DNA of 64,000 nucleotides from Phoronis australis (taxonomy: Eukaryota > Animalia > Phoronida): positions 12,625-76,624 of the forward strand of contig NMRA01000235.1 of the NCBI GenBank assembly GCA_002633005.1, written 5' to 3'. Below the pieces are notes generated by a model. That model was not told the origin of the DNA, did not search any database, and saw only the letters and a program-made list of their open reading frames with translations. The translations under genes were made by a program, and so were the position numbers. Of this stretch, positions 52,860 through 64,000 are shown one piece after another; position 1 is the first letter of the stretch, and each line of letters starts with the position of its first letter.

Positions 52860-54162
52860 TTTACACTAAACTGTAATCCTTAACACTGCTTACATTTATA
52901 CTGTTTTTCGCTTTATTGACAAGGGCATTCAGTGCACGTTGTCGACGATGCAATTCGTTGAGAATTTGGGAACACAGGGTGGTATACGGCCGGTTGAATG
53001 CTAGGGGACAACAGGATCCATACACCTAGGTATTGATGCTGTATGACCCGAATGAACTTTTCAATGCCATGACGTAATTCTCGAATCCTGCCAAATCTAG
53101 GCAGGTAGGTGTGCTTCGGTCCCAGATCAACTACGGTAATTTATGATACACACTTGTTGGTTAGGAATCGACAGTGAACACAACATCGAGTGAATCTCAT
53201 TTCAACGCCTGTAGCAGTTGTGACCGTCAAAGCATTTACCGACCCGGGTCGCCGACAAGCCAAATGGGTCACTGCAGTGCATCAATTGTTGAGGACGCGC
53301 TCAAATTACCATCTGTCCTTTTTAGAAGATTTCTTCACAACAGCTCTGCAGCATGCCCTACAGCACACCAACAAAACTTAAGGTGAAAACCAGTTTGTGC
53401 TAAAGGAGGTCATCTTGTCAGTGTAGTGAGGTGACATGAAATTTTAACTCTATGCCCACATGACCGACGCAGGTATACATTACGCCGACGACGGTAACCA
53501 GGTCACGGCCCGGTCTCCAATCTCCGTTCTCAGACTCACACTCATACTCTAGATTTCGCTTTAAACTGAGGTGTAACTCTTACAGTTTGCCACTGCTTAC
53601 ATTCATACTGATGTTTTGCTTTAATGATAAGGACTTTCACTGCACGCTGTGGACGAGGGGACAACATCTATAAACAGGTGCTATACACCTATGTACATGT
53701 ATTGATATTGTATGACCGTGAATGAACTTTTCCGTGCCATGATGTAATTCTCGAGTCCTGCCAAATCTAGGTAGGTAGGTGGCGTGTGCTTCGGTCCTAC
53801 ATCAACTACGGTAATTTGTGATACACGCTTGTTGGTTAGGAATCGACAGTGAACACAACATCGAGTATAAATCTCATTTCCGTTGAAGCCGCTCGTCGAC
53901 CCGAGACGCCGACAAGCCAAAGGGGTCACTACAGTGCATCAATATGTTGCGGACGCGCTCAAATAATTGTGTGCCATTTTATAGGAGATTTCTTCGCAAC
54001 AGTTCTGCAGCATGCCGTAAAACGCACCAACAAAACTCAAGGTGAGAACCAGTTTATGCTAAAGGAGGTCATCTTGTCAGTGCAGTGCGGTGACATGAAA
54101 TTTTTAAGTTGTGCCCGCGTTACCGACGCAGGTATATATTACGCCGACGACGGTAACCAGGC
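52860..54162 (+). repeat. Diverged tandem duplication (~0.6-kb units)
   Basis: ~52860-53502 vs ~53590-54162 share aatcgacagtgaacacaacatcgagt, ctaaaggaggtcatcttgtcagtg and ttacgccgacgacggtaaccagg. No recognisable product. Confidence 0.8.
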
Positions 54163-54346
54163 CAGCCTCCCGTTCAGTAACGGTAGGGCCTCGCTAAAAA
54201 TCAAGACTTCGCGAGACTACGCGAGATATTGCCGTGTATTTTAAATGACAACACGTGACTTTGACTAGGTCTTAGCTAGGTCCTAGCGTAGGTCCTTGCG
54301 TCTACTGAACGCACGCCAGGTTTGCGTGTGTGCTACTGCATAAATT

Positions 54347-54349
<3 letters not shown>

Positions 54350-54382
<33 letters not shown>
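54350..54382. repeat. (TA)n microsatellite
   Basis: Run of tatata... Confidence 0.95.
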
Positions 54383-54385
<3 letters not shown>

Positions 54386-54801
54386 GGCGAGAAGTGGTGT
54401 GTTGAGGTCTCATCACGTGCTAACCACATTTGGTTTCCATGCCGGGTCATGTCGATGTCAGCAGTGGCGGCTTTAGGGGGGAGGGGGCATGGGGGCCATA
54501 TCCCCCGTAAATTTCTCCCAGATTGGCAGTTTGGGGCTGAGAATGTCTGACGCGCAAAATCCTGGCTAATACACTACCCTGCTGCTCCCCACTAGCTCAA
54601 AATCCTGGATCCTTCCCTGTTCAGCATACACGTAAGATCTGAATTGGGATTGGCACCCCGACAGAGTAGATTGAGCGCTACAAATTGCGTTGTGATTGGT
54701 ATTTTCATGGCTTATATGAGTTATTCTTGCATAGCCTGAATGACATTATTTCCACTAAGTAAGAGTCTGACATTCATTGGCGGATTACAATAGCGGAGCA
54801 G

Positions 54802-54941
54802 CATGGGCGGCGCACCATAGGGGGCTGGGGGGCATAGCCCCACTTTTTCAGTGCTGCGCCGGCCATGCTCTATAGGCAGTACCCCACAGGGGGCTGGGGG
54901 GGGCTTTAACCCCCACTGTTTTCAGTGCTGCGCCGCCCATG
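54802..54941. mobile_element. GC-rich MITE with TIR CATGGGCGGCGCA
   Basis: Ends are CATGGGCGGCGCA...TGCGCCGCCCATG with an internal dimeric structure. Related copies lie at ~5200-5270 and ~41345-41470. Confidence 0.6.
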
Positions 54942-56329
54942 AGCAGACGTCATTTTCACGGAAAGACGTCGCTCTGGTCGGCTGGCAACTGGTGTTGGCT
55001 TACACAGTAAACGGAGCAGAAGTAGCATAATGTAGAACCCCGCGCTTTTTGGGACCCCGAGCCCAAAACCTCAAGTGATGCGAATACTACAGTATTTGGA
55101 AGTTGGGGTTCCGCCTTTTTCAATGTGTGTGTAGGAACAAGGGCGCAGTGCCTCAAATGGCGTTGCTCAAAGAAGTGCAGGGCTGCTCAAACTGAGCCTG
55201 CACTCATAAAACGCGGGCAGCTAATGTGCAGAGACTCACCAAGCCTCCAAGCCTTTGTTTATTTTTAAAACTTTTTTGAATTTACACTGAGTTGGTGTTT
55301 CGTTACAATACAGGTAGACAAAACCTTCAAAAATTGAATTTTCGCAAAAACGAATATAATAGACAGAGGTAGCATTCTTGAAATCACAAGTGGTAAGGGG
55401 CTCCTGATTATTGGTGTGTGAATTATCCTGAAAGCGTCCTTTTCGATCAACAGGTAGCGTTGCCTAGTGAACACGCTGTCTCATAACACCAGTTACAGCC
55501 AAATTGGCTCTGTGTGTGAATAGGCACAGCTCAGACCATCTATGGGAGCTCCAAAGTTTCGAAGTCAAGTTGACCGTAGGTGCCGGACTAGTTACATACT
55601 GGTAAAGCGTAGCGTTAAGCTGTGAGGAGCTACATGTAGATTCATTCATACGAAACTAAAAATGGCCCCTTGGTGTAAGACCACAATGCAATGTTTAGTG
55701 CGACTCTTTGATAATTTTTTATGGTCAGTTTTCAGAGTAGACAAATAAAACATTAACTGGTGGCTATTATCACTGACAATTTAAAATAGTTGGCACATAC
55801 AGTCTACTAGGAATTGGTCTTTAATTCGAAAGTAAAACATTCGCAGAAATGGATGTCAGGAGTACTAAATAGCCATCAAAGTAACCACACGACTGCAGGA
55901 GTCCCGTCAATAGTTGCTGTGTCGCACACGTATAAATACTTTTCATTTTTACATTCGGAATGTAATTTTAAAAACATCTTTCGGCTATTGCCCGTCTGCG
56001 AGATTTAACAGGCTATTCTCAGTTGTTATTTTGGCTTGCTTTTTGCTTTGGCAAAAGTCACCAAGAAAGCTACGAAAGATTGCAGGATACATTTGGATCA
56101 CTTCGAAAAGTGCAAATTTTAAAAGCCGTCGAAAGTGCAACAATCTCAACTAATCTGGTAATTAAATATCCCCAAGACTTGGAAATTTTTCTGTGATGAG
56201 CTAGTACAGTTATGTGAACTGACCAAACCGATCCAATTGGCAGCCAAAAAAAGCCAACTAAGGTCCAGTAGAGATGCAAATGTATTGGTATATAACCAAC
56301 AATTGTCGTGGTTTCCAAGTGTTGAAATC

Positions 56330-56490
56330 GTTAAATCTACCTGTCCCCATGGTTATGCTAATTACTGCGGCGAACGTTCATTTTCAAAATTTGGACGAAT
56401 TAAAAACGGTTTCAGATGCATTGACATGGAACAGAGAAGGTTGAACAGCCTCGCACTGGCCAGTGCTGAAGATAAACTTAACGAGTGACT
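56330..56490 (+). mobile_element. hAT transposase C-terminal dimerisation-domain relic
   Basis: CGERSFSKFGRIKNGFRCIDMEQRRLNSLAL matches the hAT ERSFS.L..IK..LR..M.Q.RL..LA motif. Confidence 0.75.
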
Positions 56491-58291
56491 ACACTGGTTT
56501 CATTCAATGAACCAGTTCATGCCGTTGTCGTATTTTCATGTCTTGGCGCTGAGCTTGGCGTGTGTGTTAGCTGAGCTCAGATATGGTTCACTTGAAACAG
56601 ACAATTCAACTTAGTCACCTGTATCTTATCGTTTGCAGTTGACCTAAGAGCGTTTTTAAAACTTTGTTAAGTCGGTGTAGAAGAATCCTTTCCTTCCCAA
56701 AGGTGAAACTTACTCTTACATACTTTGCTTTTATTTGTAGATAATCGCTGTATGACCTTTTGGGTAAGGACCCCGCGCAATAAATCCGGCCTTGAACACC
56801 GGATAAGGCAATGGTCTGTTTAGAGTGACCGGTGATCGACAGCGGAGACCTACATGTACCTGTGCATAAATGTATTATTCGTGTTATGAGCAAGAACACT
56901 GAATGACCATTCCCCCTGAGTATCTGTAATAGACCAGGCTACAGAAAATGCTCAGGATAGAACGCAATAACTTTAAATGCATTGAGCTTGCTTTATAGAA
57001 CCTGCCTATTGAGTGCTATTGCGATGACCAGGCGATTTTCATCGGATAAGTACTAGCAGTGAAACTAAAGCTTGCGACGGCGATACGCTAACGAAGCTTC
57101 CAAGATAACAATTGCATTGTGACCTCAGCCGACAATGGGGCGATTGTCGGGAGATGATCGTCCCACGCCACTGAGGCGGGTCTAGAAGGGGGTGTCAGGG
57201 AGCCCCGCTTTGCTGCCGCAAAAACTGAAATAAAACAGCAAGAACGTGAGGAAATATTGAGTTTATTAACTAACCCTGGTAATTATGCGGCGGAAACAAG
57301 ATACAACTATGTGTGCAGTTTTAGTAGTGTTTGTGTCTGCGTGTGTGGAATGGGGCTCAGACCCGATTATTGAGTTGCAAGTGACTGATTCACGTTTTTA
57401 TAGTCCTCTGTTGTTTTTTAGTAAGAGGCACATATTCTCAGAAATTGGAGCTCCCCTACATTTTAGGCTGGGTGCGCACATGCAATCGGGCTTTGCGCCA
57501 TTGCCTGAGAGAAAATGTTGGGTCCCCTTATGATATCCTAGGTCCGCCACTGGGCCAAAATGATCAATTTTCTTCTGGAAACTTACTGGATGGGCACAAG
57601 ACTGAAGCTTTATGTGACCACGGCACTGAAGCTGTGAGCCTTATTAATATTAGCACACTATGCGTGACAAGTGTAGACCAGAGCGGCAGTTAGATCACGA
57701 CTGTCACTCTTGTGATGCCTCGCTACCATCACACAGACACGTTCCTGACGTCATTGACTTCCTTATTTGGAAAAGTCAAGCGAGTTAACCCGGTTTTACC
57801 ATTATAACGAAGATTAGGTAGAGCCTTCCTTTTGGTAGAGTTTAGTTGGAGGGAATTCCGCAGTGTTTTGAGTGCTTGACTTGCAATCATAATAACTATA
57901 CAGATATCTCGAAACATTTGCCGACCACGTGACAAGAATTTTTGCTTTCGTCAGATATCGATGTCGTGCAAATGGCCATACCACTCTGTTGGATACATTT
58001 TTACACTGCTACACCATTAAGCCAAGGCAAGATTACGTGTTCTACTCCACGACAACACATTTTGGCATGCTATTTTCAAAATGCCTTTGACGACGAAATT
58101 TTCATATTTTTAAAAATCTGCAATGCTACAATATAATACTTCGTATTACATCGTCGCCAAATTTAGAAAAATAGTTGAAGTGCACTTCAGAAGCTAGTGC
58201 AATGAATCAAATAACTCCCAAGTTCATGACTGTATGAAAAAATAAGATAGCAGGTTTAATACACCAAACCAATATTTTCGGTGTCTTTCAG

Positions 58292-58451
58292 CCATGGGTT
58301 GAATAAACGCCTGAAAGAAACCGCAGACGCCGTCATCATCGGTGGCGGCATTATTGGTTGCAGCGTAGCTTACCACCTGGCCAAAGCCGGCATGAAGGAC
58401 GTGGTACTATTGGAAAAATCTGAGCTTACCGCCGGGTCAACGTGGCACGCC
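58292..58451 (+). CDS. DMGDH: Dimethylglycine dehydrogenase, first identifiable exon (FAD-binding GxGxxG and covalent-FAD His)
   Basis: ttcag acceptor and gtaagt donor. [45 protein letters not shown]. Confidence 0.93.
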
Positions 58452-58804
58452 GTAAGTATGGCTCGAGACGCTAATATACGGATGTAGGAGCGTGGGAAGC
58501 TAATTTCGGGATGTCCCGTTGTTTGTTCTGGATTGAATTGGAGGAAATTGATGGGAAAGGGTCACTTTCGAAAGTTACTTCACCTAAAAGCGAAGTGTCG
58601 ATCTTTAGAATCGAGTACTAATCAGGCCAGTCTTCATCCATTTCAACAGAAGCGAAGGGGTGAATAAAGGGAGCGAGGGAAAGATGGGAAAAAGTCATGG
58701 AAACAATAGTCAAGGAAGCAGTTCTTTGTTAAATGAAATCAGCTAATCTTCGACTCGGCCAGGTGATATTCCACCATTACCTATTTGTTATCACGGTATT
58801 GCAG

Positions 58805-58903
58805 GCGGGCGCCACAACGTACTTCAATCCGGGCAGAAACATGAAGAAGATCCATTACTACGGCATCAACCTGTACAACCAACTGGAGAAGGAAACGGGG
58901 CAG
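58805..58903 (+). CDS. DMGDH: DMGDH exon (99 bp)
   Basis: ttgcag / gtacag, phase 0-0. [33 protein letters not shown]. Confidence 0.92.
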
Positions 58904-59146
58904 GTACAGTGTACGCATGCGTCTTACAGGTCACGTGAGCAAGATTACGCGCGCGCTGTTTTCTTTGGTTAGCTTCAGTTAGAGTACTTAGAAACTCCCC
59001 GAACATTGTCTGTAATATTTTGCATTCCTTTGAAATCGTTAATAGATGAACTATGCAGTAATTTACGAGGTTTCCCAAAAGTACTGGCACTGTAGTGTGA
59101 AGATCATGCAGTGTAATTGGTCGCTCTGCCCTGGTTCATGTTTCAG

Positions 59147-59311
59147 GACATCGGGTTTCACCGCGTAGGTAGCGTCCGCCTGGCAACGTCGCAAGTTCGA
59201 GTTGACGAGTTTCACTACCAGATGTCGCGTCACGGATGGCACCAGGCACCTCAGTGGCTTATAACACCAGAAGAAATACAACAAAGGGTTCCTATCATAA
59301 ATATGGATAAG
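59147..59311 (+). CDS. DMGDH: DMGDH exon (165 bp)
   Basis: tttcag / gtatca, phase 0-0. DIGFHRVGSVRLATSQVRVDEFHYQMSRHGWHQAPQWLITPEEIQQRVPIINMDK. Confidence 0.92.
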
Positions 59312-60450
59312 GTATCATTCCATTTATATACGAACACTATGTGCTTCATAAATTGGACAAGGTAACATTGAATTTACACGTGTGTACAGTGTTAGCCTTC
59401 TGCGCAATGAACTCATAGAAGTACCCTTACCTCGGGAGCACTGTGTCAATAAACTAAGGGGACTCTAAGCCTTTCATTGTAGATTACAATCGCTTAAGAC
59501 CTGCAGCTGAAGTTTGCCTTCTGTCAACAAACGAATTGTGATTTAGACTAATTAGTGTTAAGATATTGGCCTCAAACAGCCCCTGTGTCAAACATATAAA
59601 TGCGATTTCTGCTCAAAGAAAACTACGAGTTCGCTATTGCTTAAAAGACATGCCTCTGCAAGTTAAGTTGTCACAACGTGATATTTTGTTAGCGGAGCAT
59701 GTTCGCAAGTCACGAAATGCTAGTTCTTTGCAAGGCCCAAACTCACTTCACTTCTCATCAAGCAACACGTTGAGATTAAGTATTAAAGAGGAAAATGGTC
59801 TGCATCAAAATTTCGTTTCTTTGACGGAACTTTGATTTATTGCCATTTAACAGGGTAGGGATTTTGTACCGCTGAGCCAAGATTGCAGGCACATATATAA
59901 GGGTAGGGGGTACCACTACGTCTCAAAAAGTGAGTCCGTGTAATAACCTACATCCACATGTATGCCCCAAGTATACTGTATAATTTAAGGTGCAGAAAAT
60001 GGGTAATATACATGTACTTACAGGTTTGTATTTCTAGAGCACTGATGAATAAGAACCCCCATATTTATACCAAAATTATAAAAAATAAAATTTTCTTTAT
60101 ACCCGGCAAAGTTATTAATCACTGACATCATAACAAAGGGTTTCAAGCTCCCATTATACTGGATAAAGAACATCACGCAAGGAAGGTTTTGCTATAATGC
60201 CTTCACACTTTGTAAGAAATGCAATGGGTTGCAGTTAAAACTTGGGCCAGAGTTTTCCTCAAATAGCCGTTAGAGCCGTTGTGGCACATCTAAACTATAG
60301 TCTAAGAGTTAGTAAATTAGTAAAACGTCCAAACCGTTGTGTGACAACTTCACCTACAATAAAACATATCTAACTGCCCAGGTTTCCTTGGTCTCATCAC
60401 GTTCTATTAAATGTACTTTTATTGCCACTTGGTTTAATTTAATTAACCAG

Positions 60451-60655
60451 ATACTCGGCGGTCTGTACAACCCCGACGATGGCTACCTTGATCCTTATTC
60501 ACTGACCCAAGCTTTGGCCATTGGTGCCCGCAAACATGGTGCAGAAATCTACGTGTCTGTTCCGGTAAATTCCACAACTCAACGGAAAGATGGACGATGG
60601 GACGTCACCACGGATCAAGGGACAATCGTCACTAAGCACGTGATCAATGCAGCAG
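60451..60655 (+). CDS. DMGDH: DMGDH exon (205 bp)
   Basis: aaccag / gtgata, phase 0-1. ILGGLYNPDDGYLDPYSLTQALAIGARKHGA...VINAAG. Confidence 0.92.
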
Positions 60656-60996
60656 GTGATAATGTGATATTGCAAGATCTTTCTCCTCGTTCTCCACTCA
60701 GATATCAAACCTTGAATGATATCTCATGCTTCCCTGCTACTACGAAGCAAGTCATCTGAAAAGATTTTGAAGGACTGCACCGACTACAGTATTAAATATT
60801 TCCAGTGTGAGATTCTTTGGTATGCTCGTGATATTCCAAAAAACCCATGAAAGTGCCAAATCCCGTATTCACTATTGAATCTGTCATACATTCTCTATTA
60901 TACCAAACCAACATGTGTAAAGTGTGTCTAACGCGTTCAATATGTTGAATTTATGGAAATGTGAGCAAACTCACAGCAAAACTTGTTAATTTGTAG

Positions 60997-61245
60997 GTTT
61001 CCATGCTCGGGAGGTAGCCAAAATGGCGGACATTGATCTCCCAGTTGTTCCTATTGACCATCAATACGTCGTGACGTCAGCGATTCCGGAGGTGGCCGAG
61101 TTAAAACAAGAAATCCCCGTTCTTCGCGATTTAGACTCCTCCTATGCTGTCCGTATGGAGAGGCAGGGACTTTTGATAAGTCCTTACGAGAATGAGGACA
61201 AGATGCAACTGCGTGAAGACTGGGCGCGAGAGGGCGTTCCGCCCG
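60997..61245 (+). CDS. DMGDH: DMGDH exon (249 bp)
   Basis: ttgtag / gtacgg, phase 1-1. FHAREVAKMADIDLPVVPIDHQYVVTSAIPEV..PVLRDLDSSYAVRMERQGLLISPYE..GVPPG. Confidence 0.92.
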
Positions 61246-61659
61246 GTACGGCAACTTAGTGAAATCTGCCATCACTCAGAAAAGTGAAATGTCCCGTAAA
61301 TATTTACTTAATGTTCCAAAGGCGTTTCACAAGAACAGAAGAAGTCCATTGGTGATATTAAGGTCGCAGGCACATTCAAAATTAACACCTGTCCAACGCA
61401 ATACCTGGGCGGAACGGGAAAATGAATGCACGAGACAAAACCAAATGATGGAATCTCCCGGTTGCCACTTTTCCCATTTATCTTCCCCACCAAACCCTTT
61501 TGAGCAGGAAGCCCCCCCCCTCCCAAGAAAGCAGCCTGTTTAGATAACGCTGGTGTTCATAGTTGGCTTTGAAGTTTTGGGACGGCTCTTTATTGTGATG
61601 TCGATATAATCACGTGGGCTCTCATAAATTGCATCTTTGTCAACGAACGCCCATGAGTA

Positions 61660-62374
61660 TGGAAAACCGAAGTGGACAAATTGCAGGACAAATATTTTCT
61701 AGTCAAGAATTAAATTTCATGTAGGATCAAGAAATCAAAGCATAATTTATCGCGCCAAGACCTATAATTTGTCACGTCAGGACCAAAATTAAACTCGTCA
61801 GGAACCAAAACTTTTCACGCAAGGACACAATTTTTATTACGTCCGGAACATTTCACACGTGAGAAAAATTTCATGACAGAAGATCACGTGACCATCCACC
61901 ACCATGCGACCATTCAAAGCGACTACGTAAGAGGTTCACAATGTCTCCCCAATGACAGTCACATTATCGTAACAATGAGGTTGAATTTCTGTCGTCTCCT
62001 CCAGGTTTTACAACAGAAAACAATGTTAAGACTTGAATAGGGCTGAGTATGACAGATGCTCAGCGGATTGTTGTTTTCACGTGGTCTCCTGAGATGAAAT
62101 TTTGTCTTGCATGGCGTGAAATTTTCTATTGGCAAGATACTTTCTCCTGGCATGAGATTTTCTCTTGGTTAGAAATTTTCTCCTGGAGTAGCAAGAAATG
62201 TCCCGACGTGATAAATTTTGGGTCCTGAGATGCTAAATTTTGGTTCTGATGTGATAAATTATAGGTTCTGCCTCGATAGATATTGGTTTTGGGTATATTT
62301 TCTTGTCCTGCAGAGAATTTAACTCTTGATTAGAAATTTTGTGTCCTGGAATTTTTCTCCACTTTGGCTTTCCA
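61660..62374. mobile_element. Intronic foldback MITE with long imperfect inverted arms
   Basis: tggaaaaccgaagtgga at the left vs tccactttggctttcca at the right. Internal caggac.aaa repeats are mirrored by tttt.gtcctg. Confidence 0.6.
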
Positions 62375-63176
62375 CAGTGGCAGATCAAGGATATCATAAG
62401 GGGGGCAAATATTTTGTCTCATAAGGAATCGCGTAAAGCACAACTGTAGAGGCGCATAGCACCGAATGGGGGAGGTCGGGACTTCCCCCCTCCCGCCCAG
62501 GAGAAAACCTTGTTTTTGCCTCTAAAAAAAAGCATTTTCATTGATTCCTGAAGTGTTATCAAAGCGTGTCCATCTGGAAAAACTCTAAATGCCACGACTC
62601 CAACTCACCCCTTGTCTGCCTGAGCGCGCGCGCGCTTTATCACTGCGCCACAGTGCTTCCACTCACAATACGGTGCAAAGAAACACTAATTCTTTTTATA
62701 GTCCACAGCGTTTGCGCACTAAACCTGTTTCTTTGGCGAAGTGGTAAAAAAGGTCCGCTTCTGAGAAACAAAAAGTCCAAGAAAATGAGACAAAAGTCCA
62801 CTGAACAAGCTCGAACGCGCAATTCACAGTGATGCAGTGGTGTCCCTGTTTTTTTTTTTTAGTTCGCCCGCATTTTTGTTACCAAAAGGTCCACAACGTC
62901 AGGAATTCGAACCCCCCACATTGAAGGCTGGGTGCGCACATGAAGTCAACTGAGAATTATGTTGTTTGTGATGTAATGAATGCAAGAGTATTTAGACTGA
63001 GCCATGAGCTACCATTTAGCTCATTGGACAGATTCTGTTTGTAGTGGACTATGTATGGTAATTACATAAATTTCCAATCAGACGGCGAAATCGTTTTCTT
63101 AACGGTTGACTAGTGGTGGCAACAACGTATCGATATTTTAGTCATGACATTATGTACTTGTTCATTGTTATCCTAG

Positions 63177-63375
63177 GTTTCGGCAAAGAACTCTTTCAGC
63201 CGGACGTTGACCGTATTTATGACAATTTGGAGAAGGCCATGGAAATGTTTCCGTGTCTACGCGACGCCAGCATTCAAACAATTGTATCCGGACCCATTAC
63301 CTATTCTGTCGACGCATTGCCAACGCTCGGACCCATGTGGGACCGCCACAACTACTGGCTAGCCGTCGGCACTGG
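63177..63375 (+). CDS. DMGDH: DMGDH exon (199 bp); the gene continues beyond the window
   Basis: tcctag / gtaact, phase 1-2. FGKELFQPDVDRIYDNLEKAMEMFPCLRDASIQTIVSGPITYSVDALPTLGP..NYWLAVGTG. Confidence 0.92.
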
Positions 63376-64000
63376 GTAACTATTCAATACGCAATGAATA
63401 TTAACTCATTCCTCAGCAGTAAATTCTGTGGGTTTCAATCTTTATGGTCTACCGACTTTGGGGTTCCTATAAGCATGTCCAACCATAACTTGACCAAATG
63501 TGAATAAAAGACAAACACTAATGTCGAGACGCTAGGTAGATGACCACGGTGCAGGCGCCGAAAAGTAATGTATAAATCCGTGTGTTGGAGCATGACCTGA
63601 TGAAATTTCGGTGACGTAGGCAAATGCGACTGGAAATATCAAAATTGTGGCGTCAGGGGTGAGGCTATTTAATTTTGCAATGCAGCGAGGTGAAATTCGA
63701 GGAAGACTATGAACAAACATCAGACACTCACGGAGTCCTTAGAATTCTGTCGCTGCTTGACTGGAAATCCACGGTTTCTAATTGTCAACGTCACGCTGTT
63801 AAATAATTGTGAAATACTCAATATGCTACTTCGCGTTCTTACCGTGTCTGCTTAACATAAAATTTTTGATAATTTATTGAAACTTTTAAAAATATCTAAC
63901 ATAACGAGCCCCGTCCTTTATATTCAGCGTGATGTTTCAGATGTCCTTCCTTGTCATTAGTTACCCATAATCCTTTCTTTCCGATGTTTACGGTATAAAC

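Noticed and set aside
62595-62660. tRNA gene on the minus strand (GTGGCGCAGTGATAAAGCGC, A-box-like)
   Set aside because: There is no B box/T arm or acceptor stem; at most it is a decayed SINE head.

Overview
This is eukaryotic (animal) genomic DNA: AT-rich, intron-containing and dense in repeats. The mix of Academ, Sola3, Kolobok/THAP, hAT, PIF, Penelope-like and LINE relics suggests a marine invertebrate draft assembly (inference). Two host genes are supported. (1) Six consecutive GT-AG exons of dimethylglycine dehydrogenase (DMGDH) lie on the + strand from 58292 to 63375; exon 1 was not located and the gene runs off the right end. (2) A minus-strand extracellular modular gene is built from symmetric phase-1 exons WSC (36421-36693), kringle (34080-34409) and kringle (32256-32537), with decayed WSC/kringle relics nearby. 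Most of the window is an old colinear segmental duplication (~2861-21565 vs ~37520-52134). Each copy supplies the empty site for insertions in the other, which defines TSDs and termini for a 4.5-kb Sola3-like element, Academ ends, a P-type 108-bp palindromic MITE and a 250-bp inverted-repeat insertion carrying minimal hammerhead ribozyme motifs. A ~30-copy 40-bp hairpin-containing minisatellite expanded from a single unit in one copy only; it is not a CRISPR array. Four single-N joins sit between near-identical duplicates that are probably haplotype overlaps, and two of them appear to capture polymorphic transposon insertions. I found no prokaryotic-type system and no convincing wholly new biological system. 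The best leads are the hammerhead element, the WSC-kringle-kringle locus and the divergent DMGDH active-site region.
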